64,000 nt of DNA, from IMG/VR virus record IMGVR_UViG_3300035505_000178; one strand, written 5' to 3'. A program made the position numbers and the translations under genes. Below, piece after piece: positions 18,201-31,600 of this stretch. The first letter of the stretch is position 1. Each line of letters starts with the position of its first letter. The DNA comes from a virus. Lineage: Duplodnaviria; Caudoviricetes. The notes beneath the pieces are model-generated. The model worked only from the letters and a program-made list of their open reading frames with translations. It was not told the DNA's origin and made no database searches.

Positions 18201-19870
18201 CCGTAAGTAGCTTTCAATAATGCTCTACCTTGACTATCTTGAGCATTCATGTCTGTAAGATGAAATCCTAGGATATTCTTACGACCATTAAGCTAAGTAG
18301 TTTTTGAAAGGTTTAAACTAGAAAGAGATACAATATTAAGTTGTCCTGATTTATTTTTAAAAAGAAGTATATTACAATTGTTTAAAGTAGGATTATCAAC
18401 TATTTCCCATTCATAAATAAATTTTTCTTTACCTGTCTCATCATTCTTAATTACTTTTGACTTTTCAAAGTAAGGATAAAAAAATTCATTCAAATAACTA
18501 TTATTGAAACTAGGAAATCCATTACGACGAGCACTTTTAAGTTCAGTTATTATACCTTGTGCGCTTAATGATCCAATATCTGATTTAAGTAAATCGTCTT
18601 TCATAGATTCTACAAAATTATAAACATCTTTGTTTTTAGAACCTCTTGTTGAATCCTCCGTCTAAAATTTAATTCCATTAATTGTTAATGAATAACCTGT
18701 ATCTGGCTATTCTCCTACTTCCCAATACTTCCAATTTTTATCAATGTATTCTTCTATTGTTTGAGTTACACCATCAGCTAAAACATCTTTACCTGGAAAC
18801 GCTGTTTTTAACTGTTTATTTATTTTGTCTATAGATTCATCATTTATTTTAATTTCATTAACGGAAGATCTTATAAATCTTTGAGCTTGTTTCATTTCTT
18901 CGTGCATAATGAAAGCTCCATTTTTATGACTATAACATTCAGAAGGATGTACTTTAATATCATCAATACCACTAAAATCAGAATTATAATCGAATACTAC
19001 AGGAACAACATTAAATCTTATATTCTTAGAACTAATTCCGTTATACTAAAGTATTTGACCTAATAATGCAAATTCATGTCTATATTTTTCTTTTTTAGCT
19101 CTATCCCAAAAACTAGGAGCTTCATGAGAAGTTTTAATATTATAAATTTCTAATGATCCATCAGGTTTAATAACTAAATAATCAATGTGTCCTACAATTG
19201 TTTCATTAGAATCTCCAAGTTTTGCAGTAACATTTAAATTTTTAATTACGTAAGGGGAAGAACTATCTCCAATTTCATGAGATTCCTTTCCATTTTTTAT
19301 ATATACCTACTTTAAAACGTCATCAGAAATTTCTCTCTAAATCTTTTCAGCTAATGGTTCGAAAGTTGTTCCCTTTGTTAGTTTTTCGGTTTGTGAATAT
19401 GTTCTATTATCTCCTAGAATTATTCTATGAAATTCTTTACCATCGTTACCTATTTGTTTCCAACTTTTCTATATATTGTAAATTCTTTGATTTATTTCTT
19501 CCTAAGATAAACCCTGCTCTGCATATTTAGATTTCATTTTATCTAAAAACTATTCATCATTTAAAACAGGCATAATAGGATTACCTTGAGTATCATTATA
19601 TTTATTAGAATCAATAAACGATTGAAGAGTATAATCAGCCCCTCCTTTTTCAATTTCACTACCATCATCGGTTATATGAGTAACTTTTCTTCCTTCATAC
19701 TCTTCCTTTCCTTTCTTTTTTATCTCTGATAATTTGTCGTATATCTTCTACTATGTATCATCATCTCTAGAATAAAGAATATCATGTAACTTGGAAGCAT
19801 CTTCTTTTAATTCTTCTGATAATTCCTAATATGAATATTCCTTGTTATTAAATACATATTTACATTCCAT
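15272..19870 (-). CDS. large virion cargo protein A (~1532 aa, TAG read through) with a PD-(D/E)XK-like domain
   Basis: Six ORF-track fragments share one frame from ATG (MECKY) to TAA (…GGGGAGTQF); GHIDYLVIKPDGSLEIYNIKTS near 19130-19200. Confidence 0.85.
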
Positions 19871-22599
19871 TATTCACAATTTTCTATTATACTTTTATTC
19901 TTTATTCCTTCAGAAATAGCATTAGTAATTTTTCTTTGTATTTGAGTGCTGTTAAGATTATCATTATTCCATAAACTATCAATTACCGTAGAAAAAGTTA
20001 CTTTACTATCTAATTGCTCAGATTTATTTAATCCTTTATTGAAAGAATTAAGAAATCTACTAAAAGTACTTTTAGGTAAAGTAAGAGTATCATTAAGTTT
20101 AGTAATTAATTCATCTGTAAACTTATCTATTTCTTCTTGAGAATTAGTTCTAAAAGCTTCTCCAAAAACTTTACTACTCTACACTTTATTACCTAAATGT
20201 CTTACTAATTTTTCTTCTAACTTATCGTAATAACTTAGATTCTTATATGTTTCCTAATCAACAACAGAGTCTAGATAACTTAATCTATTCTTACTGTTAT
20301 ATTTTGAATAAAGTCCTTTTAATAATTTAGTATAAGCTTCGAAATTACGACCTCTTATTATTCCAAACATTACATGTAAAGCTTCATGAATTAAATCAGA
20401 ATCTTTAGCTGTTGTTTGATTTATATAAATTGTATTATTATAAACGAAAGATTTTATTTTTGAAGTATCTTCGTCTTTATCAAATAAAAGTTTGTCACTT
20501 CCTGCTTCTTTTAATTCTTTCAGCTATTCATCATCAACTATTTCTATTTTCAATCCTTTAAAACGACTCTCAAACGAATCTTTTAAATTCCACAAAGAGT
20601 CTGTAAGACTTTTTACAGGCTTCTTAATATCCTTTCCACTATAATTTATATTTTCTTCTTTATAATGTCTAATGTATGCTTTATATTCCTTATTTGCAGA
20701 TTTATACATTTTATCGACTACAAAGAATTTTTTACCAGCATTATTAATATCCTATATTATAGTATTTATTTTAGACATTGTATCCTAAGAAAGGTTTTCA
20801 TTATCTTTTAATTCCTACTCTAATTTAGAAATAGATAAATCATTTTGTACCATTGCGTACATAAATGTTCCAACTTGTTCAGGAGTAGTAAAAGAAGATA
20901 TGTTTATACCGTATTTTTCATTATAAAATTCTATAATATGATCATATCTATTTTCAATTAAAGCTGAATCAGCAGAAGGAAGAGTAACTTTTTCTTCTAT
21001 TTTATAGTTTATACAAGATAACACCTATCCTACTCCTAATGGATAAGATAATGTAATAGTTCTAGTAGCAACTTCGCGCTTGAGATTAACTAACGCAGCA
21101 TCATTTACATTCTTATATCTATTAAACGCGTCTATTTGATTCTTACATTTTTCTATAGAATTGAATCTAGGAGCGTCATAAAGATTTGGAGATATAGGAC
21201 TAGATGTAATTACATATGTATCTTCGTTTTCAGGAATTTTATAAATATAATATCCGTTATAAGGAGTAGGTTCTTCAACAGTTTTAATTATTGAATCCCA
21301 TCCTAATCCGAATTGAGTTTCTACAGTTTGTCTATTTCTTGACAAATATATTGTACCTTCATCTGTAATATCTCTATATGCAATTGTTCGATTTCCGTTA
21401 TTATCTTTTACTACATAAATGTCTCTTTCTTTTCCTCCTATTTTTATAGTATGACCTTTAAAAAATTCTTGTGCTTGTTCTTCTGATAAACTATTAATAT
21501 CAAATTTTTCAGCATCAAGTTGAGTAGAATTTTTTAATTGTTCATTCTTTTCTTTAATTATTTTCTTTATAGTTGCTTTTAATCTTTCAGAAGGAACTGG
21601 TTTATAACCTTCTTTAATTGCAGTAACACTTTTGATTTCGTATTCACGTAATACAAAATCATTATCAAAATACTATTTTAATTCCTCTGATAATTCTTCT
21701 TGCGACAATTTAAAAAAATTATCTTTAGATTCATATTTCTTTTTAAATTCTTCAAAATTTTCAGATAGTATTTCATAGATTTTACCTTTCTTTATTTCTT
21801 CTAACTTCCAATCTCTAGAATTTTTTCTAAATTCATGAGCTAAGGGAGTATCGTTTTCCATAACTATCTAATCATTTAATTCTCTAAAGAAATTATCAAT
21901 TGTTTGGTTTATGTGTATTTGTTCTCCGTTAATTTCAAGGATTCCTTTATATTCCTAATCTTTTGGAACTTTATATAATGACTTATTATTTAGATAGTTA
22001 TTTATAAAGTCTTTAGTTTTATCAAATCCAAAATGTTTAGCTATTGCATTAATTTTAGACTCATATACTTTTTTTAAATGATCATCTTTTATTTCATTAT
22101 TATCAGTTAAAATAGCTTCTGCTTTTTTTCTAGTTCTTTCAGTTTTAGCAAATGCTTTTACGTCATTCTCATTTCTAAATATATATAGTACTGTATCTTT
22201 TAATCCTTCAACTGGAGTTTCTCCTTTTTTAGTTGAAGGTTTTATTACTATTCGTCCATATAATTTTTCACCATTATACGTTAAACGATCTCGTAACAGA
22301 TAATGATAAGGTTGATCTATACTGTCTATATCAGAAAATACATCTGGATATAATGATTTTAAATCGTCGAAAGAAGCATTAGGAAATATTCCAAATTTAA
22401 GAAAGTTACTTTTATCTGTAATGCTAATTGTCTTTCTAGATGATTGTAAATCATTTATTATTTGTCTTAATTCTCCTCTTTTATTTTCATTCAGAAACTT
22501 AATAATATCATCAAGAGACTCCAGCTCAACTTGGCTAGAGTCTCTTGTTATATTTATAACATTACCGTTTCCGACTTCTAAGATAATGTCACATTTCAT
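19870..22599 (-). CDS. virion cargo protein B (~909 aa, TAG read through) with a zincin domain
   Basis: Five fragments in frame; MKCD...ENCE-TAA with TAATG overlap; HEALH at 20374-20388 and a downstream EEKL. Confidence 0.85.
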
Positions 22600-22603
22600 T
22601 AAA

Positions 22604-25600
22604 TTAACAATTTTTATAAATTAATAGTCTTCCTTGACGTATAAATCTAATTAAAGTATTTACTTGTCCTCTTAAATCGTAGTCTCCACTTTCAGTAAAC
22701 AAATTTCTATTAGTAATTTTATTATGTAAATTCTAGAAAGAATATAACGATTCATCAAGATAACGTTTGAGTCTTTGTAATCTCTCACCTTCTGTTAATC
22801 CAGATCCTTCCAAATTAAGAGGGTATCCATTAAATACATAAGTAAATCCGTTCTTTCCGTCTTTAATTCTTTTAAATATTCTAATTCCGTTTGTTTGATC
22901 TGATACTTTAACATAAGGTTCAGTTCTATAAATAAGAGATCTTTCAGAATAAACAGTAGGAGCTATATAAACTAAGAAATCAGTTGTAGAATCCTTATCA
23001 TTCTCATCAGTAATCATGTCAATGATAGAATCACTCAATTCTTTAGAATCTTGTTTTCCAAGATACTAATAATATTTATATAATTCAGTTCCAGGTGTAA
23101 CAGATTCTGAGAATAAAGCTGTTAAAAACTTACCACCTAATTTGTTATTATTAACAGCTAAATTATATAGCATTAATATATCAGCAATTGAATAGTCTCC
23201 ATTAAATAATTCAGGATGATCTTTAGTTGATTCCTTTAATTCATTTAATGCAACTAAGTATTTATCCATTGTTTTACGATTCGAAAAGCTATCATCTATA
23301 GTAGATAAATCCAATTTAGTTTTTAATATAGTAATTCCTTTATAAGAAGTAAGAACTAAATCTTTAACTAAATCGTTGTCTCCATATTTACTTCTTAAAT
23401 AATCCAATAACTTTGTTTCAACAAAGTTCTTTAATGAATCTATTCCGTTTAAAGTATTTAAAAATATTTCGGATGCTGGCTATTCATCATATTCTGGTGT
23501 AAATTTAAATGTATCATCAAATCCTTTTAGACTAAGAGGTTTGTCTTTAGATAAGAAATATGATAGAACTATTACTTTGTCAGCATAATCGTTTATTTTT
23601 TTAAATAAAGCGTCATCATTTTTCATATAAGTTAGCGTAGGATTCTCAAGAACTCTATCAATAATTTTAGCTTTTACAGAAAACTATCTACGTTGCTATA
23701 ATGTATAATTAAGTAAATCTAAAATCTTGCTATAATGAGGAATCCTAGTTACTATATCTAAAACATTCCAATTGGATTTTATAAGATTAAAATATTTACT
23801 AGCTAATTCTCTATATGAAACTTGGTCACTATCAGAAGCTCTACTTGAATAATAAGTATTCGTTTCAGGAAGATATACTTTATCATTATTCAAAAATTTA
23901 TATAAATCAAAATTACCAAGCAATTTAGTTCTAGCTGCATCAATTAAGATTTCTCTTATTTCGTCATAAGTTAATTCTGGATTATTAGCAACAATATTAT
24001 TAATTACATTCTAATATTTTGTAACTAACTTACTATCATCTCCAGATACATTTCCTTGATCATCCATAGATTGAAGAATTTTAATGATTTGTTCATAATT
24101 CTCTTCACTCTCTGAATATATACCCATTGCATTCTCTCTTCCTGAAACTGTTCCGTTCATCTTTTTTATTAACTTAGTTAATAAAATATCTGTTTGAGGA
24201 ATACCTTGATTAAGTTTTAACCAAGTAGATGCTAAGTCAGAAGTTTCATTCGCTTGTTTAGTTACACTTTCAAATTCTGTTAAGTCTTCCGAAAAATTAG
24301 TTCCGTCATAGTTACCAACTCTATCATTTTCAGATTGAATAGCACTATTAATTTCAGATACTAAATTATTAATCATAGAGAAAGCATAATTAACAGACAT
24401 ATTGTTTGTATCAGTTGGTAACTAAGTTCCTTCTAACTTCTCCATTTCATCTGACTAAGATCTTCCTGTATTAGCTAAAATGTATGCTTGTAAAAATTCT
24501 CCAAATGTATTAGCTTTATATTTACTTCGTAAATCTGGAATGTATTGAAATACCCATTTTAATTTATCATTAACTGTTCTATCAATTTCTCCAGATTCTA
24601 ACAAAGCTATCTAACGTTCTGTTTCATATTCTTCAAGAAGTATTCTTTCTTCATAACTCATTCTAGGTGAAATTAAAATTCCAGTTAAATCGATGTTTCC
24701 ATTTAATAATTTAATTGCTGAATTTATACCTAAATTAAATTTCTAATATGAATTATTAGAAGAATATTTATCTATCATTTCAACAACAGGAGATGTCATA
24801 AATGCAACAATATCTTTAAGTGCAAATCCAGACATTATTAAATGTAAATAGTATTTAGCAAGATTAGTTCCACTATTAATTTTTGAAAGAATCAACTCTT
24901 TAGCATTATCGGTTGCTGCAGAAAGTAACTGTGAAATCATTAAGTCAACTTGTTTGTCATCCATTTCAGCAATGAGTTCATCAACATTATTGAAATCTTT
25001 TCCAAACAATTCTTCCATTTTACGTTTTATTCCAGGATCAGAATTCCACTAATCAGGAATATAACGAACAGTAACAGATTTAAGTTTTCCATCAGCTCTA
25101 CCAGCAATTCTATTATATGTATGAGACATTTTCAAATAAAAAAGATCATTTGGATTATTAGATCTTAATATCATTTGATAATATTGAGTTAAATTGAACC
25201 AATCCTTTTCACCATTTGCAGCAATACCAATTACATCTTTACCTATAATGTTTTGATTTTGCATTATATATTTAGCAAAAGGATTTAAACTATTTAACTA
25301 TTTTGTTTTTTTACCTTTTGGAGAATTTTCTGCCTATGCACGAAGATCTTTCATTGTAATAGGAGAATAAGCATAATATCTATTTCTAATACTATGAACT
25401 ATTGTAAAAATATTAGAACTTGCACTATTCTTAAAAGCAGCAGATCTTAATTTATTAGAACTAGGCTAATACTTCTCGTGATTTTTGATTTTATTTATAA
25501 TTTTTTGTTTAGCTTTTTTATCTTCATCGTCAGCAAAAGTATAATTATATTTTCCGTCATTATCATCAATCTTTTGAATTAGTTTAGCGTATAATTTAAT

Positions 25601-28600
25601 TCTATTTGCTTTTATTTTTTCATTATTAATAGCGTCCAAATCTTCTGTAATGTTATAATTACTTCCTTCAGTTACAACTAAATTAGTTCTTTTTGGAATA
25701 GGAATAGTTTTACTTGCTTCTAGTTCCTAAATAGTATTATAACTAAATAAAGAACTCCAACCAACATAAACTCCAGAATCACCAAAAGATTGTCCCATTA
25801 TATATGCCTTATCAATATCCAGTATTACCTTATGTCTTTCAACATAAGCTCGACTATATCATCACTTGAAATCAAGTGTCTCGCGCTTCGGATTTCTCCT
25901 ACTCCCTTCCGGGATAGTCTGTGAACTTTCATCCTTATAGGATGCTTAGCTGCGGATTGTCCAATCTTATATACTTTTTACTATACCAATAGTAGTTAAT
26001 TATTGCCATTAGATATATTTCTACTCTAATTTAGTATATATAAGCTTAAGGAGTTTCCCGCAATTCACGAGATTTTATGACTACAATATTTTATCTAGTT
26101 AAACTAGAAAGGATCATGTCATACTACTCTGGTATAATAGTATCAATAGTCTGATCCTTGAAGATATGTTTGAATATGACTTACATAAGCAGTATTATTA
26201 CTTCCTTGGGTCCAAGCTACACATTTCATGGGCATAAATGATTGTAAAGATTGAGCAGGAATACGAGAAGATATAAAATGTAAAGAAGCAAGAAACGAAG
26301 AATATTGTTTCTTATAATATCTGTTATCGGAAATAAATTTATTCTTTTCGTTTTTATAATTTTTTGAAAAATCTTCTCCTGAATCTAATGCCTCTATTAT
26401 AGCTTTTATATGATTATTAAAATTATTAGAGTCATTATCTTCTACTAATTGTTGTAATTTAGATTTGATTATTTCAGTATTTCCTCCATTGATCATATCA
26501 GTATTTAACTATACATCCACAAAATTATCAGATCCATATATTTGCTTTACTATATCATCTGGAGCTTTTTGAGTAACTTGATAAAAATCGTATTCTGTAA
26601 GTGCTTCTTTATTATTCTAAACACTTAATTTAATTTTACGATATTTTTTTACATAATCAATCCTACGAAGTATTTCTACTCCTGAATCCGTTTTTACAAT
26701 TTTATATTGATTCTTATCTAATAATCTATCCTATTCGTCATATACAGCCTCATGACTTATAATTTTTCCATCAGAATCTTTCTTTTCTTCTTGATATTTA
26801 TATTTATTATCTTTTACATATTTTCCTACAGTAATTCCTTTATATTTTATATAATAATCTCCTGTCGGCTTATTACTTTTAGGATCTAATATTTTTTCTT
26901 CTGTTTCTTTATCAAAGTTAACTTTATAAACATTTTGATCCTTTATTTCTTTATCAAAAGAAATTAACAAATGTTTTCCATTTCCTTTTATAAAAGCTAC
27001 TGTATGTTGTCCTTTTGGAATTTCAGTGATTAAGCCTTTTCTCTTTTCGAGATTTATGAAATGGTCTTCTTCTGAATCTATCATTTCAGCTAAAGATTTA
27101 TCTCCTGTTTGAAATGTTTCTTTATACATATTTCCCAGTATTACCTCAGCTTCTGTATTTTCAAGACTTCCTTCAATTATATCTATTTCCTATCCATCAA
27201 GAACAAATTTACCTTGATCTAATTTGTCAAGAACTTCTTGTATCTCTCGTTGTTTTGGACGTTTACTTTTATCCAAATTCCAAGAATTTTTAATAATAGG
27301 ATGATCATAGATATTCATATATCTCACTTTTCCATCTTTATTTAAATATTGCCAACGAATCAATGAAGGTTTCAAATTATATGCTTTGGTAATATTTAAT
27401 TGATACATATGTTTTATTTTATCTATTTTACCATTTTCTCTAAAAGATTTTCCTACTATTTGTTCAGCTGCTTTTATTAAATTTTCATTAGTTGTACTTG
27501 TTATTACCCAATCTCCATATGTATCCTTAGAGAATTGTCTAGACAAAACTATTTCTTCACCTTGTGAGTTTTTAATACTGTATTCAGTATTAGATTTCTT
27601 TTCAATGTTAACATCATATTCAACCTCAATATCAAACAATCCGTCTTTAAATTTATAATAATCTGACATTGAGTCTAAACGAATTGGTTTCGATATAACC
27701 TATCCTTTCTCATTTAATATATTTACAATATCAGTTGGCATGAACCAATCTTTATATCTGATATTGTCTTTACTATTTTGTTTAGATTGTAAATATATAT
27801 TAACCAGATTTTTATTATATTGTGTAACATCAGAAACTTCATCATAATTTGTTAATAAACTACTTAAATACGGGTTAGTTATTTCTAAATTTTTATTTCT
27901 AACTTCCTATATTAATTTAGATAAATCAAAGTTTTTAACTCTATCTTCACCACCTAATATGTGTATTAATTGTTGCCTAAATGAAGTCTAAGCTTTTTTA
28001 AGTACATCCTAAAACATATATTGTCTATAACTATGTGTTTTATCATCCCATATTTGGAAATATTGCATCATATTATAACCTGGAACCATTACATATGGAG
28101 ATCCTGGATGTCTACGTTTAATAGAATTTTTATTAATAGTTGCTGTAAGAGCTGTTATAAATTGTCGATATAAACTAGGATCACTAAATGGAATAAGTAA
28201 CTCAGTGTTATTACTTTTGTTTCTATTATTTTTAAATTCATTAGCTATTTCAGATTTTATAATATTAGTTAAGTCAAACTAATTGTTACTATCAGAATTA
28301 ACTATTATTTTTCCAACAATCCTATATAATTTATATCTAGCTTCTTCAGGATCAGTTGAAACAAAATATTGTAACATTGAATCTAATTCTTCTTTTGATT
28401 CTTCATAAGCTGTCTATCCTAAACTCATATAAAGTTCATTAGCGTTATGATACATTTTTCCATAAGCAGCACAAGCAGCAATAACCTGAGAAGCTTCTGA
28501 AGAAGTAGAATCCACTATATCATGGTCAGCATTTAACTAAATTCCTAATCCTGCAATTTTAAGATTGAATGTTCTTAATTTACTATTATCAGTCCAAGCA

Positions 28601-31600
28601 GAAGCTTCATTCATATTTTTTGCTCCGTTTTTTACAGCAGTACTATTAAAAACATAAGCTATGAATTTATTTTTTAACACTTGATATATTTTTCCATCAT
28701 TGGTATATCCACAATTTATTACAAAATTAGTTAATGCTTGATGAATAAAATCTGATACATTTCCGTTAGTATCAACACAATTTACTCCTCCTAAAGCAGT
28801 GAATAATTCAAATAAAGTATTAATACTTCTTGCTCCTCCAGTAGTAGAATGATTAGAATCCTCATCAAAATAATGTTTTACAATATATCCAAGATCTACA
28901 TTTTTATTATTACCAGTATAATTTAACTAACTATATTTTCTTTCTCTAGTAAAATAAATTCCATCCTCATCTCTTCCAAAGTCAATTATTTCTATTAATT
29001 TTCCGTCTTTATTTTTATATATTAATTTATTTCCTTGTAAAATTCTTTTTCTGAAAAAATTAGGATCAATTTTGTTAGGTTGAGAATCTCTTATGTAATG
29101 CGTTAAATTTGTACCTTCATCAAATTCAATACTATGCATTTTCTTGAACATATTATAATCAGAAGAATCAGATTCTAAAGATTGTAATAATGTACTAGTT
29201 GTTTGTCCGAAAGCAGCAAATTTAGCTAAAAAAGAAGTTAAATCAGATGTTTGATCATCCCAGATAGGTTTACGATTAGTTCCTACTGCTTGACTACCTA
29301 ATGAATTATTTTCAAGAATAACCTATATTGAAGACATTTTGGCACTACCATCACAAGCATCAATTTCATCAGATTCAGTTAAGTTATTGACAGGAGCTTG
29401 CATGTCTTTTATACAAGCAACAATAACTTCATCAGCGGACCCATTAAGTTTTCCAGAAATAAGATGTTGTAACGTAGCAGGAATAATTACATTACGTTTA
29501 TACTACGTTCCTTGAGCAGTATTAATTATAGAAATTATAGAATCATTATATACCTCTGGAAGAACAGTTTTTAAATCATTTAAAGAACCTTCGTTTAATA
29601 TTTTTACTACATTAGAATCTTGTTTATAATCTAATCCTGTGATTTCTTTAAACTTTGAAAGTGAATCTTCGTCCTTAGGATTTTCATTAAGCTTACTTAC
29701 TAAACTTTTTAATTTGTTAAAAGTAGTGTCATATTCTTTATCTGGATGATTAATTTCACTTCCAGATAACAACAAACGCATATTATTACTTGCAAGACCT
29801 TCAATATAGAAATATTTTTCTAACAAAGGATTTAATATTGTTTCTCCGTTTTCTGAAAGTTTATCAGTAATTAATGTACCTGTATTCTTATCAATCCAAT
29901 TGTCTACAAATTCTTTTCTCTTTTCTTTGCTATCAAGAATTTTACTACTAGATAATATTTTTAATATAACTCCGTATCTTGTAGTATCTTCTTCTCCTAA
30001 TTTACTTACATTAATCCACTCGTCTAATTCTTCTTTAGTATTAAAAACCTATAGATTAATTCTATTATCCTTTAACTATTGAACAAATATTTGTTTCTGC
30101 TAATTAAAATACTTGATTAATTTTTGATTAGTCTAATCTGTATATAAATCGTTGTAAAATATCAACATTTCGTTTATATCACAAAATTTACGTCCTCCAG
30201 ATTTTTTTTCTCGATAGTCTTTATCAAGTTCTAACTCAATTTTATTCTATGAATTAGCTTGATTATATCTATCTACAACTTGTAATAACTATTCTGCAGT
30301 TTTAGACTTTAAATAATTTCTAACATCATCAATAGTTAATTCTTTTGTAGGATCTGAAAGATCAAATCGAAGTAATGCTCTATATTTATCAAGAACATTA
30401 CCTAATATTCTAGAGTGAGCTTGAAAGAATGTAGTTTTATATTTAAGAATGGCTTCATCCTGAATGCTATGATCTAATTTCATTACTTGGTCTCCATCCT
30501 CAAATATTCCCAAATCACATAAATAATTTAAAAAAGCTGTTTTATCAGAATAAACTGTTGGCTAAAAACAAATACGTCCATCTCTAATAAAAGAATTAAA
30601 AAATTTATCAAAAGCTGCGTGATAAAATAATTCTCCTGATGTCATATCTCTAACTTTTTTAACATCTCCGTTAACAGTAGTAATTTCTTCGTCTACAACA
30701 GGATCTATAGTTAAACTATTTTTTCCAGTATTTATAAATAATAAACATCCAGCAGGATTATTCTCCTCACGTCTATACTTATCAAGTCGTCTGTATATTT
30801 CAGACCCAAGACGTCCAACACTAAAATTAGAAACCTAATCTCCAAATTTATTTAAAGAAGTAGACTTAACAGATTTACCTGTAATAATATAACTAGATTT
30901 TACAAAATCATCAATAGCTTGATCATTATTGATTAATCTAATTAAATGAGATCCGTCAAGCTATTTAACAACAATATCTGAAATAGTTTTAGCTGATTCC
31001 TATTTAATTAAATAATCATATTTACTTCCTTCGGTAATAGCATTATTTTCAACATCTGCTGCTCTTAAACCTAGCAATAAAAAATGTTCTAAGTAGTTAG
31101 TTCCATAAAGTTGATTATCTCTATCTTCTTTATAATGTTCCTTATAATACTAAAGACTTGCTAATCCAGTTTCAGATAAGATTCCTAAGTTTGTATAATT
31201 ATCTACAAACCTAAGAAGATTATACAATAATCTTTCATTATCGTTATTAAAGTTTTGAGATTCTCCTAAACAATTATCAGCAAACTATATTAAATCAACT
31301 TTAGCTAAATCATTAAGTAACTCTTTATTTATGAGTTTAAAATCACCTCTAGAAGTTAATAATCCATATGGATTCTAAACACCACATTTATATTCTAAAC
31401 CAATTTGATGTTCTTCTCCTTTTAAATCTTTAATTTTAATAGTTGTCTAGTAAGTTCCTTTTTCTGTTTCAATATCGCTGAATCCAAATGTCGTTAAAAA
31501 GTCTCTTCCACTTTTATGCATTTGATTCATTTTACTTTTGTAGTTAATTGTTTCAATTTGATCAATAACACTAGAATCCCAGATAAATTTACGTTTTATG

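Noticed and set aside
25820-26145. Frameshift, assembly error or intergenic spacer in the RNAP
   Set aside because: A complete group I core is present and its precise removal restores DYDID
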